From positions 1 through 38,031 of the forward strand of contig JBBDYJ010000008.1 in assembly GCA_040901675.1 (NCBI GenBank): 38,031 nucleotides of DNA, in the 5' to 3' direction. This document shows positions 29,442-38,031 of this stretch, in pieces. A program made the position numbers and the translations under genes. This DNA is from Pirellulales bacterium (lineage in GTDB: Bacteria > Planctomycetota > Planctomycetia > Pirellulales > JAICIG01). The notes below the pieces were generated by a model, which was not told the origin of the DNA, made no database searches, and saw only the letters and a program-made list of their open reading frames with translations. Every line of letters begins with the position of its first letter. Within the stretch, counting starts at the first letter, position 1.

Positions 29442-30542
29442 CTACGGCCCGGCCGGCGATGCCATCGGTTCCATCTCGAACCGGTCGAACCACCTCGACT
29501 CCACGGTCTCGACCCGCTCCCCCGCCCGCCGCACGATCAGCCCAGCCGCCCCGGCCGTATCCTCGATCAGCTCGAGGCCTTTCTCGGGCCCCAGCACGCA
29601 CACCGCCGTGGCGAGGCTGTCGGCCGTGATGCAGTCGGCCGCCACCACCGTAACGCTCATCGGCTCGGTCAGTCCCAGCCCCGTGCGGGGGTCGACGATG
29701 TGCGAGTATCGCACGCCGTCGATCTCGACAAATTGAAACGCATCGCCCGACGTGGTCACGGCGGCGTGGCGCAAAAGCACGTAACGGTTGGGGGGGCTGT
29801 CCGGCTTGCCCAGCGCGGCGACGCCGATCGACCAGCCGTCGCGGCCCGGCGGCGCCTCGCCCGCAACAATGTCGCCGCTGGCGTCGATCAGCGCCCGGTG
29901 GACGCCCTGGCGAGCCAGCACCCCGAGCGCTTCGTCGGCCGCGTAGCCCATGGCAATGCCTCCCAGGTCGAGCGTCATTGCCGGCGCCAGCAGCTTTGCC
30001 GTGCGCCGTCCGGGATCGAGTTCCAGGTTCCGGTAGCCGACCGCCTGGCGGGCCTGCGCCAGGCGGGCGGGATCGGGCAGTTCGCTTTGGCGCCGCGCCC
30101 GCCGCCAAAGCCGCACGTACGGCCCCACCGTGACGTCGAAAGCCCCCCCGGTGGCCTCGGCCAGCTTCTGCGCCCGCGACAGCACGAACCACAGCTCGCG
30201 GCTGACTTCGACCGCCTGGCCCGAACCGGCGGTGCGGCTGAGCCGCGAGAGCTCGCTATCGGGGTCGTAGTCGCTCAACAGCTCGTCGAGCTGGCCGATG
30301 CGAGCAAAAGCCTTGGCCGCCGCCGTGTTTGCGGACGCTTCGTCGGCAGCATACAATACGATCTTGATCGGCGCGCCCATGTGGACTTCTTGGAACTCGT
30401 AGCGGCCCGGGGCCGGTTCCACCGCGGCCGCGCCGCACGGTTCAACGCCGCGCAGGACCGCCTGCCACGGTCCGGCGAGCCAAGCGGACAGAATCAAAAT
30501 CAAAATCGAAAACCCCCACCAGCCGCGAGCCGCACAACTCAT
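29442..30542 (-). CDS. apbE: FAD:protein FMN transferase (ApbE)
   Basis: [62 protein letters not shown]-terminal hydrophobic signal; start uncertain (30542 or 30581). Confidence 0.92.
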   Translation of the reverse strand: MSCAARGWWGFSILILILSAWLAGPWQAVLRGVEPCGAAAVEPAPGRYEFQEVHMGAPIKIVLYAADEASANTAAAKAFARIGQLDELLSDYDPDSELSRLSRTAGSGQAVEVSRELWFVLSRAQKLAEATGGAFDVTVGPYVRLWRRARRQSELPDPARLAQARQAVGYRNLELDPGRRTAKLLAPAMTLDLGGIAMGYAADEALGVLARQGVHRALIDASGDIVAGEAPPGRDGWSIGVAALGKPDSPPNRYVLLRHAAVTTSGDAFQFVEIDGVRYSHIVDPRTGLGLTEPMSVTVVAADCITADSLATAVCVLGPEKGLELIEDTAGAAGLIVRRAGERVETVESRWFDRFEMEPMASPAGP

Positions 30543-30580
30543 TCCAGCCGTCCTTCGCAAAACCGAGGCCAACCAATCCA

Positions 30581-31714
30581 ATGTATAGCGTAAGTCGCCA
30601 CAGTGCCGCGGGGCAACCGTGGCGGAACTGGACGGGGCCGAGCTGGACGGGGCCGAGCCTGGCGGGGGCGGGGCTCATGGCTGCGGCCTTCGCGGTCTGG
30701 AGCGCCGCCCCGACCGGTGCCGATGAACGGGCCGGCGGCGCAGCGGCCCGGCCGGTGCTCGAAGTGCCCAATGCGACGGCCGCCGCCCCCGGCGAGATGA
30801 AGCCCTATACCGACCGGATCGAGGGGAGCAACGTGACGTTCGACCTGGTGCCGATTCCAGGCGGCACTTTCCAGATGGGCAGCCCCGAAGACGAGCCGGA
30901 TCGCAAGCCGGACGAAAGTCCCCGGCACGAAGTCACCGTGTCGCCCTTCTGGATGGGCAAGTGCGAGGTAACCTGGGACGAATACGAGATCTTCATGTTC
31001 AGCCTCGATATCGCCCGGCGGAAGTTGGCCGCTGCCGAACCGACCGAGCTGGACAAGCTGGCCGACGCCGTGACGCGGCCCACCAAGCCCTACACCGACA
31101 TGACCTTTGGCATGGGCAAGGAGGGCTATCCGGCGATCTGCATGACCCAACTGGCGGCCAAGAAGTATTGCCAGTGGCTTAGCGCCAAGACCGGGCGGTA
31201 CTACCGGCTGCCCACCGAGGCCGAGTGGGAATACGCCTGCCGGGCCGGCACGACCACGGCCTATCACTTCGGCGACGATCCGGGCGAGCTGGACGAGTAT
31301 GCCTGGCACTTCGACAACAGCGAGGACGCCTACCGCCCCGTGGGCCGCAAGAAACCCAACCCCTGGGGCCTGTTCGACATGCACGGCAACGTGTCGGAAT
31401 GGTGCGCGGACCAATACGTGAGCGATTTTTACCAGCAGTTCGCCTCGACTGCGGCGATCAACCCGCTGGCGGTGCCGCTGAAGGTCGAACCGTGCGTGGT
31501 GCGTGGCGGCTCCTGGGACGACGATCCTGAGTCGCTGCGCAGCGCCGCCCGCCGCGGCAGCCACAAAGACTGGAAACAGCAGGATCCGCAGATTCCGCAG
31601 AGCATCTGGTATTATACGGACGCCCTGTTCGCGGGCTTCCGCATCGTGCGTCCCTTGGAAGAACCCTCGGCCGAGGACAAGGTCAAGTACGAGATCGACC
31701 TGGAGCGGCCCTGA
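30581..31714 (+). CDS. Formylglycine-generating-enzyme (SUMF1/EgtB/PvdO) fold protein, probably exported
   Basis: [64 protein letters not shown]; lacks the catalytic Cys pair of true FGE; start uncertain (30581 or 30677). Confidence 0.9.
   Translation: MYSVSRHSAAGQPWRNWTGPSWTGPSLAGAGLMAAAFAVWSAAPTGADERAGGAAARPVLEVPNATAAAPGEMKPYTDRIEGSNVTFDLVPIPGGTFQMGSPEDEPDRKPDESPRHEVTVSPFWMGKCEVTWDEYEIFMFSLDIARRKLAAAEPTELDKLADAVTRPTKPYTDMTFGMGKEGYPAICMTQLAAKKYCQWLSAKTGRYYRLPTEAEWEYACRAGTTTAYHFGDDPGELDEYAWHFDNSEDAYRPVGRKKPNPWGLFDMHGNVSEWCADQYVSDFYQQFASTAAINPLAVPLKVEPCVVRGGSWDDDPESLRSAARRGSHKDWKQQDPQIPQSIWYYTDALFAGFRIVRPLEEPSAEDKVKYEIDLERP
30628..30657 (+). repeat. 15-bp tandem duplication CTGGACGGGGCCGAG x2
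   Basis: Exact duplication, giving [10 protein letters not shown] in the FGE-fold ORF N-terminus. Confidence 0.8.
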
Positions 31715-31760
31715 GCCCGGCCGGGCGATCGAACCCACCCCGCAAAGGAGAACTGAAACC

Positions 31761-33062
31761 ATGAGCGAGCATTTCCAGCCCACTCGAAGCGTGCCGTCGC
31801 GACGTGACTTTATCAAGAGCTCGACCGCGGCCATCGTTGGCGGCGGCCTGGTCGGCAGCCTGGGGATTGCCCGCTCGGCCCACGCGGCCGGCAGCGACAC
31901 GATCCGCGTTGGCCTGATCGGCTGCGGCGGGCGCGGCACGGGGGCTGCGGCAAACGCCCTGCACACGCCCGGCAGCGTAAAACTGGTGGCGATGGGCGAT
32001 GCCTTTGCCGACCGCTTGGAACAAAGCCTGCGTGAGATCCAAAAAGAGGCCCCCGACCGGGTCGAAGTGCCCTCGGAGAACCGGTTTGTCGGCTTCGACG
32101 CTTACGAGAAGGTGATCGCCAGCGACGTGGACCTGGTGATCCTGGCCACGCCGCCGGGGTTCCGGCCGATCCACCTGGCGGCCGCGGTCGAGGCGGGCAA
32201 GCACGTGTTCATGGAAAAGCCGGTGGCCGTGGACGCTCCGGGAGTGCGGGCCGTGCTGGCGGCGACCGAGGCGGCCAAGCAGAAGAACCTGGCGATCGGC
32301 GTGGGCTTGCAGAGGCATCATGAGAACAGCTACCTGGAGACGATGAAGCGGCTGCACGACGGGGCGATCGGCGACATCATCGCGACCCGCGCCTATTGGA
32401 ACGGGGCCGGCGTGTGGGTCCGCCCGCGCAAGCCGGACCAGACCGACATGGAGTACCAGATGCGCAACTGGTACTACTTCAACTGGCTGTGCGGCGACCA
32501 CATTGTCGAGCAGCACATCCACAACCTGGACGTGATCAACTGGCTGAAGCGCGGATACCCGGTGCAGGCCCAGGGGATGGGGGGCCGCCAGGTGCGGACC
32601 GGGCCCGAATACGGCGAGATCTTCGACCATCACGCGGTCGAGTTCGAGTACGCCGACGGGTCGCGGATGTTCAGCTATTGCCGGCACATCGCGAACTGCT
32701 GGGACAGCCAGAGCGAGCACGCCCACGGCACCAAGGGAACGGCCGACATCACCCGCGCGCTGATCCAGGCCAACGGCAGCGACGGATGGCGTTATCGCGG
32801 CGAAAGAAACAACCCCTACCAGACGGAGCACGACGACCTGTTCGCCAGCATCCGCTCGGCGAGCCCGCTGAACGAGGGCGAGTTCGGCGCGCTGAGTTCG
32901 ATGACCGCCATCCTGGGGCGGATGGCCACCTATTCAGGCAAGATGATCACCTGGGAGCAGGCGCTCGAATCCGAGCTGAGCCTGGCGCCCAGCGCCTACG
33001 CCTTCGACGCGGCGCCGCCCACCCCCGGCGTGGCCGTACCCGGCCACACCGAAGTCGTCTAA
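31761..33062 (+). CDS. Tat-exported Gfo/Idh/MocA family oxidoreductase
   Basis: AAGGAG SD; Tat signal SRRDFIK...AHA; VGLIGCGGRG, ATPPGFR, HVFMEKPVAVD, EQHIHNLD. Confidence 0.93.
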   Translation: MSEHFQPTRSVPSRRDFIKSSTAAIVGGGLVGSLGIARSAHAAGSDTIRVGLIGCGGRGTGAAANALHTPGSVKLVAMGDAFADRLEQSLREIQKEAPDRVEVPSENRFVGFDAYEKVIASDVDLVILATPPGFRPIHLAAAVEAGKHVFMEKPVAVDAPGVRAVLAATEAAKQKNLAIGVGLQRHHENSYLETMKRLHDGAIGDIIATRAYWNGAGVWVRPRKPDQTDMEYQMRNWYYFNWLCGDHIVEQHIHNLDVINWLKRGYPVQAQGMGGRQVRTGPEYGEIFDHHAVEFEYADGSRMFSYCRHIANCWDSQSEHAHGTKGTADITRALIQANGSDGWRYRGERNNPYQTEHDDLFASIRSASPLNEGEFGALSSMTAILGRMATYSGKMITWEQALESELSLAPSAYAFDAAPPTPGVAVPGHTEVV

Positions 33063-33075
33063 ACAAAGCTTGCCA

Positions 33076-33129
33076 GCCGCGGGTCCTCCTCCTCACCACC
33101 TCCGAGGGGAGGATCCGCGGCATTTTTTC
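33076..33129 (+). terminator. Intrinsic terminator after the Gfo/Idh/MocA gene
   Basis: GCCGCGGGTCCTCC ... GGAGGATCCGCGGC stem followed by ATTTTTT. Confidence 0.7.
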
Positions 33130-33243
33130 TGGCGAACCATTTTTCTGTCGAACCATGGCGGGCTCCGTGACGGCCCTGCTCGAATCGCCGGGAACTTCCA
33201 GGTCCGAGAGCGCGAAATTTCTTTCGCCCGTCGGAAACTGCCC

Positions 33244-33272
33244 TTGACCCCCGTTTGGCCCGCGGGTATTTA
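33244..33272 (+). promoter_or_regulatory. Possible sigma-70 promoter for the secretin gene
   Basis: TTGACC-N17-TATTTA within a 430-bp intergenic region; the -10 match is weak. Confidence 0.3.
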
Positions 33273-33499
33273 ACCGCCTCTCTTCTGCCAAATTCTTGTA
33301 ATTCATTGCGGTTGAGCGCCTGGCTCGACGAGGGTGATGGTCCGCTTCTTGTGTTGAAGCGGCCCGTCGCCGGAATCGCCCGATGCCAGCGAAAAAGCTA
33401 TCGTCGGCTCGGTTGCGCGTGCGCGCGGACAGCGAATAGTCGCCTGGGTTGGTCCCCCGCCTGGCGGTGGTGACTTGCGAATCTCGAAAGGAGATCGTG

Positions 33500-36400
33500 T
33501 TGAAGACGACGTCTCGGATATTCACCCCTTGTACGGCCGTTGGCTTGACCCTTCTCGCGGCACTCTACTTTGCCGGACCAACAGTCGGCATCCACCAGAT
33601 GCCGCTCTCCACGGCCCTCGCCGCTGACGACAGCGCCAAGGAAACCCAACGCGAGGTCGCCGACCTGCTCGAACGAGCTCGGCAGGCGATGCGCGACGGC
33701 AACCTGGAAACGGCCGAATCCTTCCTGTCGCGCGCCGAGGCAATGAACGCCAGTTTCGGCCTGTTCCACGTGGGCGATACACCAAAGAAGGCCCGCCGCG
33801 ATCTCGACAAGCTGCGCAAGGTCCAGGCTCGGTCGTCCAAACGCCCCAGCCAGTTGTTTGCTCCGGGCAACCAGACCGGTGATCAACCGTCGAAGCCGTC
33901 GGCCTCGCCCGATCCCTTCTTGAGCCGCAACCGGTCCATGGCCGGCGCTAACGCCAAGGCTTCCGGTGCCGCGGCCGCCGCGGGTTCGCCGCCGGGCAAC
34001 GAAGCCGACCCCGCCAGCGGCTTGGCTGCCCGGCAACCGTTCCCCTCACAGTCTCCGTTCGGCAAGAGGGACGTCGAAATGCCGCCGGCTGGGCCGGATG
34101 TCGGTCCACGCTATGCCGGCCAGGATTACCGGCGAGCGACCGAGCCGTCCCCGCCCGGCCGTTCTCCGGCTTCCGCCGGCCGCGCCGAAAGCGACCGGCT
34201 GCTGATCGCGGCGCGCAAGGCCCTGGCCGTAGGCGACGCGCGCCAGGCGGCCGAGCTTGCGGCGCAGGCGAAGGCCCTGCGCGTCGACTACGATTTCCAC
34301 GACGATTCCCCGGACAAGGTCGAGGCCGTCATCCAGCGTCACACGGCGTTGATGAACCGCCCCGAGCCGGATCGAGCCAGCGAAAGCCATCGCCGCCAGC
34401 AGGCCGCGCTCATGATGGACCAGGCCGAGGCGCTCTTGAACTGGAAAGAGCTCGACGAGGCCGAGCGGCTGGCCGCTGATGCGAGTCGCTTGAAAGTGGT
34501 CTACGGTCCCTTCGACATGCAACCGCGGGCCATGCTCGACCGGATCGCGACGGCACGGGCAGGCCGCCGGACCAGGCTCGAACCGCTGCCGCCGGTCGGC
34601 AACGAGGCGGGTTCGCCCCTCGACTATGCAGTTGGCGCCGGCACGCCCAACAAGGAGCAGATGGTACGCCTTGTCGAGCAGGCGCGATCGGCGCTGGACT
34701 CGGGCGATCTGAACCAGGCCGAAGAACTGGCCCGGCGGGCTGAACGGTTGAGAGTGCCCGACTCGGCCTTGGCTCCCCACGACGACCGGCCCTCGCTGGT
34801 GCTGTACGACCTGCAAAAGCAGCGCAGCGGGGTGATGCAAGCGGGGGCGGTTACCCCGATCGCCACCGAAGGCGACGACGCGCGCTATTCCGGCCGCCAG
34901 GCCATGTACGACCGATCGAACGATCCCACGCGCAACGTGCCGGCCCGCGCCGACCAGCCGATCGGCGGCGACGACGGCATGACGCTGTTCGTGCAAGGTG
35001 AAGAAGCGCTGAAGAACCACGATACCCAGGCGGCTCTGAGCTTTTTCCGCCAGGCCCACGCGCGGCGCGACGAGCTCGATCCGGCCTTGCAGCGGCGATT
35101 GCAGGATCATCTGCAACTGGCGTCGCAATCGACGGAGATGGCTCGCAACCCCCGCGGCTCGCTGTTGAACCAGGCGGCCGACAACCAGCAACTGCAATAC
35201 CGGCAGGTGTCGGCCGAGCTGGCCAAACAGGAACAGTCGGCCCGCCAGTTGCAGGCCACCGAGCCGAAACAGGCCTTACTGCTCTTGGAGCAGGCCCGGG
35301 TCAACGTGGAGCGGTCGGGGCTGGAGACGGCGGCCCGCGACATTCTGCTGCGGCGCGTGGACCGGGGCCTTGCGGAGATCCGGGACTACATCGACGCCAA
35401 TCGGGCCAAGATCGACCTGGCCGAACGCAACCAGTCGGTCAAGGACGAGATCGACCGTGGGCAGAAGCTCAAGGTCCACGTCGATGAGAAGCTGGCCCTG
35501 TTGGTGAACGAATTCAACAAGCTGATGCACGAGCAGCGGTTCGCCGAGGCGGAGGTCGTGGCCAAGCGGGCCGCCGAGCTGGCGCCCCACGAGCCGGTGG
35601 TCCAGCAGCTCAAGGTCACATCCAAGATGGCCAGCCGCGCCTACAACAGCGCTCGGATAAACGAGCTGAAAGAAGAGGGCTTCAACACGGCGATGACCAA
35701 CGTCGAAGATTCGTCGCGTCCCTTCGACGACAACATTCCCTATCAGTTCCCCGACGTCACCCACTGGGCGGGACTGACGAAGACCCGTTTGGCCCTGGAT
35801 CGCGAGGGCCGCCGCAAGCGCTCGGAAAAAGATCTGGAGATCGAGCGGCGTCTGCGGACACCCGTCTCCTGCCGCTTCCACGATGCGCCTTTGAGCCAGG
35901 TGATCGACAGCCTGGGCAAGCTGGCCCGGATCAACACCTACCTGGACCAGCGGGGACTGTCCGAGGAAGGCGTGCTCACCGACACTCCGGTGACCATCGA
36001 CCTGAGCCAGGACATATCGCTTAAAAGCGCCTTGCACCTGATCCTTGATCCTTTGCACCTGAGCTTTGTGATCAAGGACGAAGTGCTCAAGATCACCAGC
36101 GAGCACTTGCGCGACGGCGAGACCTACAAGGAAGCCTACTACGTGGGCGACCTGGTCAACCCGATCCCGAACTTCCTGCCCAACGGGTACATGGGCCTGG
36201 CCGGCGCGCTGCGCGACGCCCACGGCAACGTCCCCATGAACTGGGGCGGGTTCGGCGGCAGTTCTCCCCTGCCGGTGCTCGCCGGCAAGTCCAACGCCAA
36301 GGACGGCGTCATGGACGCCAACTTGCTGGCCAATGTCAGCTCGGTCACCGGCACGGGATCGCCTTCGGTCAGCACCAGCCATCCGGGGGTTATGGGGCCG

Positions 36401-37645
36401 GGCGGCCTGGGCGGCGCCGTCGAGCCCGACTTCGACAGCCTCATCGAGCTGATCACGTCGACCATCGCTCCCACGACCTGGGACGACGTGGGCGGCCCGG
36501 GCGCCATCCAGGAGTTCGAGGGCAACCTGACGCTGGTCGTCAGCCAGACCCAGGAAGTCCATGAAGAAATCGCCGAGCTGTTGGCGCAGCTCCGCCGCCT
36601 GCAGGACCTGCAGGTCACCATCGAAGTCCGCTTCATCACGCTCAACGACAACTTCTTCGAGCGGATCGGCATCGACTTCGACTTCGACATCAACGACAAC
36701 ATCGACCGTCCCTTCCAGATCTTCGGCAACGCGGCCGACGTCGATGTCTTCGAGGGAGGCGCCGCCAACACGGGTCCGGGCCGCAACGTGGAAGACCGCG
36801 ACCTGCGGGGCGGCCAGTCCGTTACGGTCGGTCTGGAGACGCCGGGCGTGTTCAGCGCGGATCTGGATATTCCCTTCTCGCAGAACAGCCTCGATATCGC
36901 GGTGCCTCAATTCGGCGGTTTCGATCCCGGCTCGGCCGCCTCAATGGGCTTTGCCATCCTGAGCGACCTGGAGGCGTACTTCTTCATTACCGCCACGCAA
37001 GGCGACCGGCGCAGCAACGTGCTGCAAGCTCCCAAGGTCACAATGTTCAATGGCCAGACGGCGTTCGTGGCCGACGTCTCGCAAAGCCCGTTTGTGATCA
37101 GCGTCATCCCGGTCGTGGGCGACTTTGCGGTCGCTCAGCAACCGGTGATCGTGGTCCTGAACGAGGGCACGCACCTGACCGTGCAGGCGGTCGTCTCCAG
37201 CGACCGCCGCTTCGTCCGCTTGACCGTAGTGCCTTTCTTCAGCCGAATCGGCGACGTGGATACGTTTACTTTTTCCGGATCGAGCACCACCACCGAAGAG
37301 AGTAGCTCCGAAGGCCCCGACGACGACACGACGGGCCGCGATACCACAAAGACCACCTCCTCGGAAGGCACGACCGTGCAGTTGCCCACCTTCTCCTTCG
37401 TCACGGTGAACACCACGGTCAGCGTGCCCGACGGCGGCACCGTGCTCTTGGGCGGCATCAAGCGCTTGAGCGAGGGACGCAACGAGTTCGGCGTGCCGAT
37501 GCTCAACAAGATTCCCTACATCAACCGGCTGTTCCGCAACGTGGGCATCGGGCGCGAGACGCAAAGCTTGATGATGATGGTCACGCCGCGGATCATCATC
37601 CAGGAAGAGGAAGAAGAGAATATCGGGGTCCCGGCCACGCCGTGA
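33500..37645 (+). CDS. Giant secretin (type II/III secretion system protein D / PilQ family) with TPR-like N-terminal extension
   Basis: AAGGAG SD then TTG; signal peptide; N3-like LIELITSTI...LVVSQTQEVHEEIAELLAQLR; secretin core QVTIEVRFI, LQAPKVTMFNGQTA, TTVSVPDGGTVLLGG, GVPMLNKIPYINRLF, LMMMVTPRII. Confidence 0.92.
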   Translation: MKTTSRIFTPCTAVGLTLLAALYFAGPTVGIHQMPLSTALAADDSAKETQREVADLLERARQAMRDGNLETAESFLSRAEAMNASFGLFHVGDTPKKARRDLDKLRKVQARSSKRPSQLFAPGNQTGDQPSKPSASPDPFLSRNRSMAGANAKASGAAAAAGSPPGNEADPASGLAARQPFPSQSPFGKRDVEMPPAGPDVGPRYAGQDYRRATEPSPPGRSPASAGRAESDRLLIAARKALAVGDARQAAELAAQAKALRVDYDFHDDSPDKVEAVIQRHTALMNRPEPDRASESHRRQQAALMMDQAEALLNWKELDEAERLAADASRLKVVYGPFDMQPRAMLDRIATARAGRRTRLEPLPPVGNEAGSPLDYAVGAGTPNKEQMVRLVEQARSALDSGDLNQAEELARRAERLRVPDSALAPHDDRPSLVLYDLQKQRSGVMQAGAVTPIATEGDDARYSGRQAMYDRSNDPTRNVPARADQPIGGDDGMTLFVQGEEALKNHDTQAALSFFRQAHARRDELDPALQRRLQDHLQLASQSTEMARNPRGSLLNQAADNQQLQYRQVSAELAKQEQSARQLQATEPKQALLLLEQARVNVERSGLETAARDILLRRVDRGLAEIRDYIDANRAKIDLAERNQSVKDEIDRGQKLKVHVDEKLALLVNEFNKLMHEQRFAEAEVVAKRAAELAPHEPVVQQLKVTSKMASRAYNSARINELKEEGFNTAMTNVEDSSRPFDDNIPYQFPDVTHWAGLTKTRLALDREGRRKRSEKDLEIERRLRTPVSCRFHDAPLSQVIDSLGKLARINTYLDQRGLSEEGVLTDTPVTIDLSQDISLKSALHLILDPLHLSFVIKDEVLKITSEHLRDGETYKEAYYVGDLVNPIPNFLPNGYMGLAGALRDAHGNVPMNWGGFGGSSPLPVLAGKSNAKDGVMDANLLANVSSVTGTGSPSVSTSHPGVMGPGGLGGAVEPDFDSLIELITSTIAPTTWDDVGGPGAIQEFEGNLTLVVSQTQEVHEEIAELLAQLRRLQDLQVTIEVRFITLNDNFFERIGIDFDFDINDNIDRPFQIFGNAADVDVFEGGAANTGPGRNVEDRDLRGGQSVTVGLETPGVFSADLDIPFSQNSLDIAVPQFGGFDPGSAASMGFAILSDLEAYFFITATQGDRRSNVLQAPKVTMFNGQTAFVADVSQSPFVISVIPVVGDFAVAQQPVIVVLNEGTHLTVQAVVSSDRRFVRLTVVPFFSRIGDVDTFTFSGSSTTTEESSSEGPDDDTTGRDTTKTTSSEGTTVQLPTFSFVTVNTTVSVPDGGTVLLGGIKRLSEGRNEFGVPMLNKIPYINRLFRNVGIGRETQSLMMMVTPRIIIQEEEEENIGVPATP

Positions 37646-37705
37646 TGTCCCGCTCGAACTTCTGAACTTCAACTTCCCGGCCTGCAAAGCGTGCCAATTG
37701 CGATC

Positions 37706-37743
37706 AGCCGCCGCGGTGATGCGTCACCGCGGCGGTTCTGTTT
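37706..37743 (+). terminator. Intrinsic terminator after the secretin gene
   Basis: Perfect 12-bp stem CCGCCGCGGTGA-tgcg-TCACCGCGGCGG followed by TTCTGTTT. Confidence 0.8.
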
Positions 37744-37807
37744 GCGCTTCTTCGCAATCCCGTGCGCCGGCCATGGCACGCCCTGAAACGCGCTGTTAAG
37801 CTGACCA

Positions 37808-37862
37808 GCCGGGTGGCTGGGGCAAAGCGTCAGCGTGCCCCAGTAGCTGATCGAGCGCTCCG
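37808..37862 (+). repeat. 55-bp direct repeat copy 1 containing an empty REP (37813..37843)
   Basis: GTGG-CTGGGGCA-aagcgtcagcg-TGCCCCAG with a perfect 8-bp stem; identical to 37977..38031. Confidence 0.9.
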
Positions 37863-37976
37863 ACGACGGTGGGCGCTTGTGACTGGCCCGCGGGGCGACA
37901 TCACGGGACATCCAAGAGGTGTGTCAGTGAAACCAAGCAATTGGATCGTTTGCGGCGCGCTGCTGGCGGCGCTGGC

Positions 37977-38031
37977 GCCGGGTGGCTGGGGCAAAGCGTC
38001 AGCGTGCCCCAGTAGCTGATCGAGCGCTCCG
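37977..38031 (+). repeat. 55-bp direct repeat copy 2 containing an empty REP (37982..38012), running to the window end
   Basis: Exact copy of 37808..37862. Confidence 0.9.

Noticed and set aside
28819..30192. 457-aa sigma factor with a long N-terminal extension
   Set aside because: The extension is an alternative frame of apbE. Sigma homology begins at MDTRPD (29427).
30581..31714. True formylglycine-generating enzyme for sulfatase maturation
   Set aside because: The catalytic Cys pair after RGGS is missing and no sulfatase gene is in the window.
33130..33499. Riboswitch or ncRNA in the long leader before the secretin gene
   Set aside because: No recognisable aptamer motif by eye. An Rfam/Infernal scan would be needed to support a call.
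37683..37697. Sigma-54 promoter on the minus strand (TGGCACGCTTTGCA)
   Set aside because: GG-to-GC spacing is 8 nt instead of the required 10, and it would point antisense into the secretin gene.
37669..38019. Small ORFs at the right end (37669..37911 and 37762..38019)
   Set aside because: They run through the terminator and REP repeats and show no convincing SD or motif.

Overview
High-GC bacterial DNA whose gene content points to a planctomycete (Pirellulales-like). The indicators are a PVC-type beta-propeller/HEAT/CxxCH protein, a planctomycete-type ECF sigma factor, giant secretin-like proteins and a Tat-exported Gfo/Idh/MocA oxidoreductase. Most of the window is housekeeping: mnmA, pyrE, pckA, glnB with a sigma-54 promoter, glcD/E/F, a lipid N-methyltransferase, ctpA, tsaD and argB-argD-argF-rph. 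No rRNA, tRNA, CRISPR array or transposase was seen. Both ends of the window fall inside copies of a GTGG-headed REP-like repeat. Three signals stand out. (1) An apbE / FGE-fold protein / Tat-oxidoreductase cluster in which the FGE-fold protein carries DAVTRPT, a possible non-canonical flavinylation site, and the ApbE has a K-to-M change in its AKGY motif. (2) A 1355-aa vWA protein that is a partial paralogue of the secretin 10 kb away: it shares the periplasmic domains and one 48-aa segment of the secretin domain. (3) A 24-bp palindromic mini-element found inside the REP loop and also nested inside itself. All calls come from reading motifs by eye; no database searches were run.
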